Assembly (NCBI GenBank): GCA_964599875.1
Contig: CAZRHE010000004.1
Span: 13,943-77,942 of the forward strand
Reading direction: 5' to 3'
DNA length: 64,000 nucleotides
Source: an uncultured Bacteroidaceae bacterium
GTDB taxonomy: Bacteria > Bacillota > Clostridia > Christensenellales > CAG-917
The translations under genes were made by a program, and so were the position numbers. This document shows positions 49,962 through 59,363 of this stretch, piece after piece (the stretch's first letter is position 1; the number at the start of each line of letters is the position of its first letter). The notes under the pieces are model-generated. The model saw only the letters and a program-made list of their open reading frames with translations, ran no database searches and was not told the DNA's origin.

Positions 49962-50618
49962 TTAAATCCAACCGATATTATCTACGCCCGAGCCCACTTC
50001 GAAATGATATTTGACGATGCCAAGATCTGTTTTTGCATAAAAGCCCAAACCCGCTTTCGCGCCGACTTTGCCCTCGTGATAGGTAAACGTGAACTTCTGT
50101 TGATTCATAGCCGTAGGCGCAAGCAACGCGCTCTTGACACCGTTTACAAACCATGCGGGAGGATTTTGCGCCTCCATGACTTGCTCGATAGGTTTCGACT
50201 TGTGCCGGGTGCCCTGCGTCGCGCCGTAGCCGAGTGCGATAACGACGTGCAATTTTTCCCCTTTGTTCACTTTGAAAGCCGTCTTAACCTTCTTGTAACT
50301 CATCGCAACCCAGCAGGTATTAAGTCCGAGTGCTTGAGCAGTGAGCGCGATATGCTCGCCGTAGTAGCCCGCCTTTTCCTCTTCTCCGCTCTTGCAAACG
50401 AGTGCGATATAGTTTTTGACTCCCGAAAACTTGCCGTAATGCGCCATCATGGAATCAAACGCCGCGGGCTCGTCGAATACGAGTTGAATATGCAGTCCGC
50501 TTTTTGCGTTACATTCGTCCACGACCGCTTGCAGTTTTTCGCGTACGTCTTTTTCGATTGCCTTGTCCAAGTAACTTCTGACCGCGTGTCTTTCGCCGAT
50601 TGCCTTTTGATAATCCAT
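49962..50618 (-). CDS. Nitroreductase family protein
   Basis: RHAVRSY, GLNTCWV, IALGY, APTAMNQQ, DLGIVKYHF. Confidence 0.9.
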   Translation of the reverse strand: MDYQKAIGERHAVRSYLDKAIEKDVREKLQAVVDECNAKSGLHIQLVFDEPAAFDSMMAHYGKFSGVKNYIALVCKSGEEEKAGYYGEHIALTAQALGLNTCWVAMSYKKVKTAFKVNKGEKLHVVIALGYGATQGTRHKSKPIEQVMEAQNPPAWFVNGVKSALLAPTAMNQQKFTFTYHEGKVGAKAGLGFYAKTDLGIVKYHFEVGSGVDNIGWI

Positions 50619-50683
50619 ATTTCACCTCTAATATTTAATTCTATTACGTTTTCGTCCGCGCGATGATTTGCGCGAAGAGAATT

Positions 50684-50698
50684 CCTAACACTGTTAGG
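50684..50698. promoter_or_regulatory. Putative MarR operator upstream of the nitroreductase
   Basis: Palindrome CCTAACA-C-TGTTAGG; same site at 51160-51173. Confidence 0.75.
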
Positions 50699-50711
50699 CA
50701 TATCCGCCTAC

Positions 50712-50734
50712 AAAAAGCAGACGTTTTCGTCTGC
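50712..50734 (-). terminator. Terminator after marR
   Basis: GCAGACG/CGTCTGC stem followed by a U tract on the minus strand. Confidence 0.7.
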
Positions 50735-50735
50735 C

Positions 50736-51143
50736 TTATTTGAGTAGTTTTTTGAGAAGTGCAATTAGGGTTTTCGCCTCCTCTTCCGTGAAATCGGCAA
50801 GCATAGGCTCTACGACTTCGTTTATGTGTTTGAGTCGGACTTTTATCGCGTTTTCTCCGTCCGCGGTCAATTTGATTATGACCTTTCTCGCGTCGTCTTT
50901 TGCCGCCTCGCGCTTGACGTAATTTTTCTTTTCGAGGGTATTCAACGCACTTGCCACCCTTGCGGTCGAAACGTTCATCGCTCTTGCAAGGTCGCCCGCA
51001 GTCACGTCGCCGTCGCTCTCCGTGAGTATTCGCAAAATCAAAAACATACCTCTCGAGCCGTCGTCGATAAGGTCGATGAGTTTTTTCCAGTTGCCCGTTT
51101 TGCACAAACAACGTATATCTTCTTGAACAGAATAAAAATCCAT
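50736..51143 (-). CDS. MarR family regulator
   Basis: TAGDLARAMNVSTARVASALNTLEKKNYVKR..DARKVIIKLT. Confidence 0.92.
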   Translation of the reverse strand: MDFYSVQEDIRCLCKTGNWKKLIDLIDDGSRGMFLILRILTESDGDVTAGDLARAMNVSTARVASALNTLEKKNYVKREAAKDDARKVIIKLTADGENAIKVRLKHINEVVEPMLADFTEEEAKTLIALLKKLLK

Positions 51144-51159
51144 TATCTCATCCTATTTG

Positions 51160-51202
51160 CTAACACTGTTAGGATTATACAACGCCAATGCGCATAAGTC
51201 AA
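51160..51202 (-). promoter_or_regulatory. marR promoter with an operator immediately after the -10
   Basis: TTGACT-17-TATAAT, then CCTAACAGTGTTAG. Confidence 0.8.
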
Positions 51203-51235
51203 TAAGGATAACGCAATTTATCCTTTTTTACATCG

Positions 51236-53011
51236 TCAAATCATCACGAAAATCACGAATATCGCGTTGACCGCAAGCGCAAGTAGCGTAGGGACGATTT
51301 CGAGAAGTTTGTTTTGCTTTTTGCTCATAGGCGGAATTTCCGCGCTCATCTCCTCGTATTCGACGTATGCGCGCATATATTGCTCTCTTGAAAGTATCGC
51401 GTAGGGATAGCAGGACACAGCGCAGGCAATCGTAAACGACAGCATGGTGAATATGGCGAGATAAATTTGTCCCGTCCCTCTATATAGCACCGCGTAGCCC
51501 GCGACTTTCAGCGTAGTGACGACCGCATAGATAAGGAAGGATATCGTGCCCGATTTTTTGAGGAATTTTGCAAGATTTCTTTCTCTCTCTTCGGTTGCAA
51601 GGAAAAGATTTTCGTTGCCCTTCGGTTTGATTTCTTCAAGGAAAATGGACGAGGTCTTCGCCGCATATTTTGCATACACCGCGATAAGCACGACGAGTGC
51701 GACGGACGAGGCGTAGTCTATGTAGGAATAAAGGGCGAATCCTTCTCTGACGCCGAAAACGAAATCCACGCCGCTTGCGTCCGTCAGGATAACTCTATAA
51801 AGCGCACCGAAAATGCCGACGGACAGCGTGGAAACCTTGTCGAGATACTCCGCCGTCGCACCCACCTTTTCGCCGACCGCAAACGCTATATTGCCCGCAA
51901 TCGAAAGCACGACTTTCGTCACCATAAGCCAAACGCAGAAATACGCAAGTCCGAGAAGGACGTACGCTTTCTTTTGAGAACTTTTCGGGGAAAGCAACAC
52001 TCGTTTCTTGTCGTTATACTTGGGCAGTTTGTCAACGTTTGAGATGAAGGAATACGCCTGCAAAACGAACACGATAAACGCACTCGTCCAAACCGATTTC
52101 ACCTCGTAATTCGTGAAAGAGAAATAAAGCGTCCCCGCCAAGAACACGAGAGAAAGCGTCATTTGCAAAACCGAATGTACGACGGATACCGTGAGGGTGT
52201 GACGGTCGTATTCGCCGAAATGTTTGAAAGTGAAATAGGAATAGGATATCGCAAGGAACAAGAACAAAATTTCAAGCACCGCAAAAACGATAGTCCAAAC
52301 GGACGCACCGCCCGCAAGCACCGTGCCTATGAATCTTGCACCGAGCCCCGCGCCCACGGTTTCGCCGTTAACAAGCAAAACGGGAGTATAAAACATCAAA
52401 ATCGCACTTATAAACCCTACGATTGAGTAAATTGGCAAATATGCAAGACGGTAATCGGTAGGCACGCGCAAGCGTTTTTTGCCCTTTGCCGCTTCCGCCG
52501 CCTCGGTGAGTTCGTCGTCTTCGAGAAGTTCGGATTCGCACTCGATGTTTTCCCAGTTGACCCATTCGAGTTTCTCCGCCGCCTTTTCTTTATTCTCGCG
52601 CACGGGTTCGGATTTTACTTCCTTCTTCTCCTCTTTTTCCGTCGGCGCGCTGATATCGACGTGCGTGATTTTCGCAGACGTCGTCGTGGTTTCGCCGTGA
52701 GCAAGCACGGGGGATTCCACCTTTTCTTTTCTCACGCCGAGATGAGGGGGTATCGCCTTTTCGGTTTTGAGAGACGCACCGCTGTCCTTTGCAAATTGCG
52801 GGGCACCGTTGTCAAGTTCCGCGATTATGACTTCGTCCTCGGAGTAAAGCGACTCGCTGGGCATGCCGTAGCGGTTGCCGTACAGCACGCTGTCGTCCGC
52901 CTTTTGGATTTTGATTTTTATGAGTGAATGGCAAACTGGACAAGTAATCGAAGTGTTTCCCTCCTCGAATCTTATCACGTTTCCGCATATAGGGCAAAGA
53001 ACCTTTTTCAT
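51236..53011 (-). CDS. Zinc-ribbon protein with an acidic linker and a polytopic membrane domain, unknown function
   Basis: CPICG..CPVC N-terminus, charged linker, about 9-10 TMs. Confidence 0.75.
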   Translation of the reverse strand: MKKVLCPICGNVIRFEEGNTSITCPVCHSLIKIKIQKADDSVLYGNRYGMPSESLYSEDEVIIAELDNGAPQFAKDSGASLKTEKAIPPHLGVRKEKVESPVLAHGETTTTSAKITHVDISAPTEKEEKKEVKSEPVRENKEKAAEKLEWVNWENIECESELLEDDELTEAAEAAKGKKRLRVPTDYRLAYLPIYSIVGFISAILMFYTPVLLVNGETVGAGLGARFIGTVLAGGASVWTIVFAVLEILFLFLAISYSYFTFKHFGEYDRHTLTVSVVHSVLQMTLSLVFLAGTLYFSFTNYEVKSVWTSAFIVFVLQAYSFISNVDKLPKYNDKKRVLLSPKSSQKKAYVLLGLAYFCVWLMVTKVVLSIAGNIAFAVGEKVGATAEYLDKVSTLSVGIFGALYRVILTDASGVDFVFGVREGFALYSYIDYASSVALVVLIAVYAKYAAKTSSIFLEEIKPKGNENLFLATEERERNLAKFLKKSGTISFLIYAVVTTLKVAGYAVLYRGTGQIYLAIFTMLSFTIACAVSCYPYAILSREQYMRAYVEYEEMSAEIPPMSKKQNKLLEIVPTLLALAVNAIFVIFVMI

Positions 53012-53158
53012 ATCCTCTCCTAATCTATGATTTTGATAAATATTATCATCGCGCGCGAAAATTTTCAATCAAAACGGCATACTTTTTTGCGCGACACAAT
53101 ATCTTGTCCCTTTTCGACGTTTTTCGACAATAACGCGCATAGCGCGCGCCGAAGTTAT

Positions 53159-53186
53159 TAAAAAGCCTCCCATTAAAGGGAGGCTT
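53159..53186 (-). terminator. Intrinsic terminator
   Basis: AAGCCTCCC/GGGAGGCTT with an A tract. Confidence 0.75.
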
Positions 53187-53200
53187 AAATTCGGATTTTA

Positions 53201-54646
53201 TCAACCGAGAGCGTCTATTTTTTCAAATATGAAGTCTTTGAGCAAATCCCACTTTGCACCGACGTCCATGTGTCCGGACCCTTCGATTTCATAAATCTTG
53301 TCCGACGATATGCTCGAATAGGTGTTTCCGCCGATAGACGCATAGTAAGGCACGGTGCCGTCCCCTTGTTTTGCGCAACCATTGTCGGTGAGAAGTGCGT
53401 AGGTATCCGTTTCGCTATCGTAGGTAAGCCCCGTAAGCGTAGAAAGTCCCGTGCCGACGACGTAGTAACTATTGACGTATTCGGACGCCAATTTGCCGTC
53501 CACGAAAAGAGAATCGTAATAACTCTCGATTTCCGCCGCGGCTTTTTTGAGTTTATATCCGTCGGGGCTTGCGTAGTCCCCTTCCCCCGCGACGATTTTG
53601 TTGCCGTCCTCGTCAAGATAATACGCCCAATCTCTCGTGAGATAGAAGTCGTAAATTTCTTCCTTTGTCGTCAACGCTTTTCCGTCCACCACTATTCCGC
53701 AATTTCCGTCTTCGTATTGCGCGGACGAAAGGAATTGATAGGAGGGCACGAGATGCATAAGTCCGATATTGTTGAAGAGGAAATCGCCGAGGGTGTCGAG
53801 GAAAGGCGCGACGGTGGATTTTATGCTATCCATATCGATATTCATTTCTTCAGCCGTTTCTTCGGTCAAGAAACCGCTCAAAAATCTTTCCATATATTCA
53901 AGCGGGCAAGTGAGTGCGGCAAGTGCATCGAAAGAGCCGAGAGTCGCGGGTGCGAATCCCATATAAAGTTTGGTCTTATTGCGGTTTTCTTCGCTTCTCG
54001 AAAGATAACTGTTGACGACGGGCCCGCCCATGCTGTGGGACATAAGGATTACTTCGTCGTATCCCTTATCCGCTATATACTTTTCAAGTTTTTCGCCTGC
54101 GTCCGCGGGAGAAAGTCGCCAGTCGTAATTGAAAACGGACACTTCGTACTTATCCCCGTATCTCTCTGATATGTTTTCCACAAACGGCTTGTATATCCCG
54201 AATACGCCGTAACTTATATCCATAAGTCTACCTTTCTTGTCGACGGGATAATCGTTTGCGGGGATTATGTTGGGATTGTAAGAATTGCCGTCTTGGTCGA
54301 GAGTCAAATCGTAGAGTATAGACCCCGGAGTGTACATGATTGCATCGACGACTAAAGCCATTACTCTGCTGATTTCGGGCTCGAGCACCGCCATAATTTT
54401 GCCCAAATCGAGTGCGCCCTCTTCGTTCATCGCGTCTTCGTAAATGGAAAACTCCGTCCTGAAAGGCTCCCAAACGGCGGTCTGTGTTTCGCTGTCGTAA
54501 AGTCCGCCCGAGAAAAGAGCGGTCGTATAAATTATTCCGCGTTTAGGTTCGGACGCGGGGACGTCGTCGTTGCAAGCGACGAATCCGACGGCTGAAACAA
54601 TCAAAACGAGTGCAAGCAGTATTGCCGTTAAATTTTTCTTTTTCAT
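53201..54646 (-). CDS. LCAT/lipase-like alpha/beta hydrolase lipoprotein
   Basis: Lipobox FVAC; YDWRLS, SHSMGG, GDGTVP, C-terminal His. Confidence 0.8.
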   Translation of the reverse strand: MKKKNLTAILLALVLIVSAVGFVACNDDVPASEPKRGIIYTTALFSGGLYDSETQTAVWEPFRTEFSIYEDAMNEEGALDLGKIMAVLEPEISRVMALVVDAIMYTPGSILYDLTLDQDGNSYNPNIIPANDYPVDKKGRLMDISYGVFGIYKPFVENISERYGDKYEVSVFNYDWRLSPADAGEKLEKYIADKGYDEVILMSHSMGGPVVNSYLSRSEENRNKTKLYMGFAPATLGSFDALAALTCPLEYMERFLSGFLTEETAEEMNIDMDSIKSTVAPFLDTLGDFLFNNIGLMHLVPSYQFLSSAQYEDGNCGIVVDGKALTTKEEIYDFYLTRDWAYYLDEDGNKIVAGEGDYASPDGYKLKKAAAEIESYYDSLFVDGKLASEYVNSYYVVGTGLSTLTGLTYDSETDTYALLTDNGCAKQGDGTVPYYASIGGNTYSSISSDKIYEIEGSGHMDVGAKWDLLKDFIFEKIDALG

Positions 54647-54806
54647 AACTTTCCTCTTATCATAAGTTATAAAAAAAGTATACACCCTATCGGGCGTCTT
54701 TTCAAGAAAAAAATTTTAAGCGCGCTTTAATCTTTTTAAAAATGCGAAACGGACGATGTTTTCGTCCGTTTCGGCAGTTGATGCGTTCGTTTTGTATACT
54801 TAAAGG

Positions 54807-55493
54807 TCAATATCCGCGAAGTCCCGTGATTTTGACTTTCCCGCTAAAAAGGTCGAGCCATTTCTCCGCCGTATCGCGAGGCACTTCGGTGTAGCCGTGA
54901 GAAAGGCACTCGTCCCCGTCTTTGTAGCGTTGAAGAAAATACTTGTCCGCCCCGTCCACGAAAGACGCTATCGCTCTCATATCGCTCTCCGTGTGAAACT
55001 CCGCCATAATCGTCGTGCGAAATTCGTATCCGATTCCGGCGGTTTTGAGAAAGTTTGCGGTTTCCTGTATCTTTGAAAAATCCAGTTTTTGCACGCCTGC
55101 CGTCGAGGCGTATTTTGCAGGACTATTCTTCACGTCCATAGCGACGTAGTCCACGAGTTTTTCACCGACGAGATTTTTTACGACGTCGGGTTTCAGTCCG
55201 TTTGTGTCAAGTTTCACTTGAAATCCGAGGTCTTTTAACTTGCGGCAAAAATCCGCAAGGTCGGGTTGCAAGGTAGGCTCTCCCCCGGACACGCACACGC
55301 CGTCCACGACGTTTTTGCGCGCGATAAGATAATCGAACACCTCGTCCGTCGAGATTGAAGCCGCTCTTCCTGTCGCCAGTGTGCCGTTGTGACAAAACGG
55401 ACAGCGGAAGTTGCAGCCGGGACAAAAGACCGTGCAAACGATTTTGCCGTCCCAATCCACCATAGAAAATTTTTCGAATCCGCAAATTTCCAT
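54807..55493 (-). CDS. nrdG: Anaerobic ribonucleotide reductase activating enzyme (radical SAM)
   Basis: GCNFRCPFCHN, SGGEPTLQ, KLDTNG, AMDVK, EFRTT. Confidence 0.85.
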   Translation of the reverse strand: MEICGFEKFSMVDWDGKIVCTVFCPGCNFRCPFCHNGTLATGRAASISTDEVFDYLIARKNVVDGVCVSGGEPTLQPDLADFCRKLKDLGFQVKLDTNGLKPDVVKNLVGEKLVDYVAMDVKNSPAKYASTAGVQKLDFSKIQETANFLKTAGIGYEFRTTIMAEFHTESDMRAIASFVDGADKYFLQRYKDGDECLSHGYTEVPRDTAEKWLDLFSGKVKITGLRGY

Positions 55494-55494
55494 A

Positions 55495-56247
55495 TTATTC
55501 CGCTCCTCCGCCTACGGGGCGTTTCTTTCCCCTGCGATTACGTTTGCGTCTGTATTGCTCCGAATTTTTGTTATCCTTTTTCTCCCTCGATTTCGAGTTT
55601 GACGAAGATTGCACAGCCGTTTTTTCGGGCTTTTTCTTCTTCTTTTTGGGCATATGCTTTTTTGCCTCTCCGATAGAGTGCGGGTGCGATTCGACCATTT
55701 GTTCGAGTGTTTTCCCCGCCCTCTTGCAAATCGCCTCGGTGACGAGCATGGTTATATGCGCGTCGTCCGAACTCTTGTGCGGAGTGAGCCCCTCTATATC
55801 CACTTCGTATTCCGCAATCATCTTTTCAAGAGCAATTTGATTTTTCTCGTCGAAAAGTTCTTGGCATATGCGTTGTACGTCTACGTAGCCGAAATTGAAA
55901 CACGGCATGTGATAGCGACAGCATGCGTAATTCAAAAATCGCGCGTCGTTGCCGATTGAAAATCCGACGACCTTGCGTCCGTTTGCGGTCACGAGTTTTT
56001 TGATTATATCGTAAAAATTGGGAAAACTCTTTTGCGCTCTAAATTCGCTGACGGGATATGCAAGCGAAATGCCTTCGTCCGCGTTATCTTCTTTTTGTTT
56101 CCACGGTCCCGTATGGAAATAGGACTGCGGATTGATGAGGATATCTTTTTTTTCTATTACGTTAAAAAGCGCGTCCGTGAGGACGTAGCCGAAACTGCAG
56201 ATACTTCTGCCTTCACTACATTCTATGTCCAAAAATAAGTAATCCAC
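55495..56247 (-). CDS. DEDDh 3'-5' exonuclease with a basic C-terminal tail
   Basis: FLDIEC, ICSFG, ND..FL, HKSSDDA; GTG start. Confidence 0.82.
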   Translation of the reverse strand: MDYLFLDIECSEGRSICSFGYVLTDALFNVIEKKDILINPQSYFHTGPWKQKEDNADEGISLAYPVSEFRAQKSFPNFYDIIKKLVTANGRKVVGFSIGNDARFLNYACCRYHMPCFNFGYVDVQRICQELFDEKNQIALEKMIAEYEVDIEGLTPHKSSDDAHITMLVTEAICKRAGKTLEQMVESHPHSIGEAKKHMPKKKKKKPEKTAVQSSSNSKSREKKDNKNSEQYRRKRNRRGKKRPVGGGAE

Positions 56248-56361
56248 GGCGATAGTATATCACATCGCCGCTTCCCTTTCAACTGTTTTGAGCCGTCCCG
56301 CGGCTATTCTCGCAATTTGCCGAGATACGCGATTGCCGAGTGAAACGGATTTCTTTTATAT

Positions 56362-56392
56362 AAAAACGAGGGCGGTGTACGCACCGCCCTCG
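56362..56392 (-). terminator. Intrinsic terminator
   Basis: CGAGGGCGGTG/CACCGCCCTCG with an A tract. Confidence 0.8.
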
Positions 56393-56446
56393 CCTTTCTC
56401 GACGCGGGAGAACTTTGCGCCGAGAAACAGGGGAGAAATTATGTGA

Positions 56447-57550
56447 TTATTCCGCTTGATTTTGTGCGTAGTTGAACGCTACGGTGCCGTTGATGCCGAC
56501 TGCGAGGTCGTCGTTTGCAACGTCATACTTCGCTTGACCGTTGATTGCCGCATTGCCGTTGAACGCATATTCGGTGCCACCATAAGTCACTTTGACGTCG
56601 ATTGCGACGGAGCCGTTAAGGTCGAGGCTGTATTCTTCACCGTCTGCGATTTCAGCACCCGCTACGTTGACGACTGCTTTGAAGTTCGCCGCCACGGCAA
56701 CGCCGAGGTTGAGGTTTGCAGAACCTTCGACGGTCACGATTGCGCCGTATTTACCTTCCGCGAGTTTGCCGATTTCGATAGAAACGCTTGCATCGAAGGA
56801 ATCGAGTGCATCCGCGCCGATTTCGAGGACAACGTTGCCGTCTTTGGTCGCGCTTGCGGTGAAGTCAACGCCTGCGATACCCGTGCCGAGAGTGAAGTTG
56901 AACGCAACGGAGCCGAGGTCTGCGTCGTATGCCGCAGTGCCGCTGAATGCGAAGAGTTCGACTTCTTCACCGTTGATGGTCGCATTGATGGACGCATCGT
57001 AGTTGAATTCTTTGCTTTCGATGTCTTTGCCGTCTTTAATATTCATGTAAAGAACGTAATCGTTTGCGACTTCTTCGTTGGTTTCAGGATCGACGGAAGT
57101 GACGGTAACGACGATTTTGGTGTTGTAGCCGTCTTTATCGGATTCTTCGGTCTTGACTACGACTTTGCTGTCGCCGACGAATTCTTGGACTGCCTCCACG
57201 CCTTTTTCGATGATGGGTTCGAGAGCGTTTTCGATGATGGGTTTCACACCGTTGAGTGCGGTATCAACCATTCCGCCGACGATAGTACCGAGACCGGACA
57301 CGCTTGCGCTTGCGTCAAAATCAAGGTTGAAGCCTTCTTCGAACGCGTCTTCGTCTTCAGCCGCAGAGCCTGCGATTCCGCCGTTCATATAACTTGCCGC
57401 CGCCGCTACCGCAGTACCGATGGTTTCCGCGTTGGTGCTTGCTACGGGTTCGTCTTCTTTGTTGTTGTTGCAGCCGACGAATACGCAGAGAGAGAGTGCG
57501 CATACCGCTACGATTGCGATGATTGCAATAAGTGATTTTTTGAGTTTCAT
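56447..57550 (-). CDS. Beta-rich acidic lipoprotein, probable ECF-sigma target
   Basis: Lipobox FVGC; alternating hydrophobic strands; AGGAG RBS. Confidence 0.8.
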   Translation of the reverse strand: MKLKKSLIAIIAIVAVCALSLCVFVGCNNNKEDEPVASTNAETIGTAVAAAASYMNGGIAGSAAEDEDAFEEGFNLDFDASASVSGLGTIVGGMVDTALNGVKPIIENALEPIIEKGVEAVQEFVGDSKVVVKTEESDKDGYNTKIVVTVTSVDPETNEEVANDYVLYMNIKDGKDIESKEFNYDASINATINGEEVELFAFSGTAAYDADLGSVAFNFTLGTGIAGVDFTASATKDGNVVLEIGADALDSFDASVSIEIGKLAEGKYGAIVTVEGSANLNLGVAVAANFKAVVNVAGAEIADGEEYSLDLNGSVAIDVKVTYGGTEYAFNGNAAINGQAKYDVANDDLAVGINGTVAFNYAQNQAE

Positions 57551-57575
57551 AACTTTATCTCCTTTTTGTTTTCAC

Positions 57576-57608
57576 TATATATAACAAATTAAAAACGATT
57601 TTTGCCAA
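57576..57608 (-). promoter_or_regulatory. ECF sigma promoter of the lipoprotein gene
   Basis: TTGGCAAAAA-N12-TGTTA-TATATA, same spacing as the copy at 59224-59256. Confidence 0.75.
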
Positions 57609-57626
57609 GATTTAGGGAAAATTTTT

Positions 57627-58688
57627 TTAATTCGTTTTTTTCGCTTTCAATTCCGCCTTGAGCAAAAGTTCGATATCGAAGTCGAATTCGCCGTCCCCGT
57701 CGCAAAGGTCGAGCAAAAAGTTCGTCGCTTTTTCAAGCCCGTCGGTGCTCTTTATCACGTCAAGCAGTGCGGTCGCCGCGTCGCTCGTATCCTCGACGCC
57801 GATATAGTTGAGGAACATTCCTACGCATTCGCTTGCCTCTTGCGCCGCCGCGTACAATTTCGCATAATAGTCGAAATCTATGGTGAGCGAGGGTTTGTAA
57901 TCTTTTATCACGTCCACGAGCCCTTGCGCTGTTTCTACAACCTTTTTAAGCACGTCGTTATATTGCGCATTGATTTCTTCTGCGTATTTGCGGAGTTTTT
58001 CTTCGTCGAAATCGTTGATGAGTTTGTTGATTGCGTCCGCGTCGAGTCCGCTCAAATCAACGTTATCAAGAAGTTCGCGCGCTTTGCTTTCAAGCGCGTC
58101 TTTTCCGCCGAAATTGAAGTTTAACGACACGTCTGATGAGGATAAAACTTCGTTTTCGTTGATTTTCGCATTTATCGCGCTTTCGACTTTGCTTATAATC
58201 GCGCTGTCCGAATTGCACACGGTGAAGTCCGCTTTTCCGCCTTCTTTCAAATATCCGAGGCTTGCCGACAACTCCACGATTTTATCCGCCGCGTCCTCTA
58301 TCGTCGTTCCCGTAAGGTCAACGCCGTACAGCACGATGACTGCGTCTTCGTTGAGTGCGGTGACTTCCGTCACTATTCCGTCCGCGTTTGCGGTTATTCC
58401 GAAAGACGGGTTGATCGACAACGCCACGTAGGTGTCGGACGGGACTATGGGTGCGGATTTATCCTTTCCGCCGAGCCCGAATCCGAGACCGAATCCAAGC
58501 CCTATACACACGACGAGCATTGCCGCTATCATCGAGTATACGTATCTTCTCGGCGCGCGTCTGACTTTGGGAGTTTCTTCCTTTTGCTCCGTATTAGAAG
58601 GCATACGGCTCATGATTTTTGCCTTGACGTCTGCGGACGGAAGAACGTTTTCCGCTTGTCTTTTCAACGCTTTTTCGATGTTTTTCAT
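57627..58688 (-). CDS. Anti-sigma factor with an RsgI-like extracellular domain
   Basis: Single TM, then YVALSINPS..V.ALNEDA; ATGA overlap with the sigma gene. Confidence 0.8.
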   Translation of the reverse strand: MKNIEKALKRQAENVLPSADVKAKIMSRMPSNTEQKEETPKVRRAPRRYVYSMIAAMLVVCIGLGFGLGFGLGGKDKSAPIVPSDTYVALSINPSFGITANADGIVTEVTALNEDAVIVLYGVDLTGTTIEDAADKIVELSASLGYLKEGGKADFTVCNSDSAIISKVESAINAKINENEVLSSSDVSLNFNFGGKDALESKARELLDNVDLSGLDADAINKLINDFDEEKLRKYAEEINAQYNDVLKKVVETAQGLVDVIKDYKPSLTIDFDYYAKLYAAAQEASECVGMFLNYIGVEDTSDAATALLDVIKSTDGLEKATNFLLDLCDGDGEFDFDIELLLKAELKAKKTN

Positions 58689-59212
58689 TCGTCGCTACCT
58701 CCTTCTATTTTTTGTTTGAGCACTTTGAGTGCCTCTTGATATCTGTACGTCACCGTCGACGTCGGCATGTCCAGTAATTTTGCCACCTCTCGCCGCTTGT
58801 AGCCCGCTATGGCGCACATGACGAGTATTTTGAAGTCTTCTTCCGAGAGAACCTTTTCGGCAAGAGATATAAGCCCTATGCTCTCGTCGTCGGGGAGCGT
58901 ATCGCTCCCGAGCGCCCTCTCGTCGAAATCCGTAGGCAACTCCCGTTTTCGCTTGTTATATTCGTTTATCGCAAGCCGTTTCGCTATCGTAGTGAGCCAG
59001 CCGAGTGCGTTGCCGCCGTTATACGAACTTATGCTTTCAAGCGCTTTGACGTAGGCGTCTTGCATGACGTCTTCGGACGCCTGCTTGTCGTGAAGAACAC
59101 CGTGCACGACGAAAAAAACCACCTTGTACGTATTGTCGTACACGTAGTCGAAAGCGGATTTATCACCTTCTTTCAATCGTGTCATCGCTTTGTCAAGCGT
59201 TTCTTTCTTCAT
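58685..59212 (-). CDS. ECF RNA polymerase sigma factor
   Basis: GDKSAF, EDVMQDAY, WLTTIAK, YKRREVAKLL.MP.STV. Confidence 0.93.
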   Translation of the reverse strand: MKKETLDKAMTRLKEGDKSAFDYVYDNTYKVVFFVVHGVLHDKQASEDVMQDAYVKALESISSYNGGNALGWLTTIAKRLAINEYNKRKRELPTDFDERALGSDTLPDDESIGLISLAEKVLSEEDFKILVMCAIAGYKRREVAKLLDMPTSTVTYRYQEALKVLKQKIEGGSDE

Positions 59213-59223
59213 AAGTTCTCCTA

Positions 59224-59256
59224 TATATCTAACAATCGAAAACGGCTTTTTGCCAA
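59224..59256 (-). promoter_or_regulatory. Autoregulatory ECF sigma promoter
   Basis: TTGGCAAAAA-N12-TGTTA-GATATA directly upstream of the sigma RBS. Confidence 0.75.
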
Positions 59257-59363
59257 CGAAACTTCAAATTTTTTCGATTTTTTAAAAGCCGTCCTTATTC
59301 TCTTTACGCGCGTGTGCGCGACAATATAATAATAACCGCCGTCAGCGGTTATTTCGGATTCCG

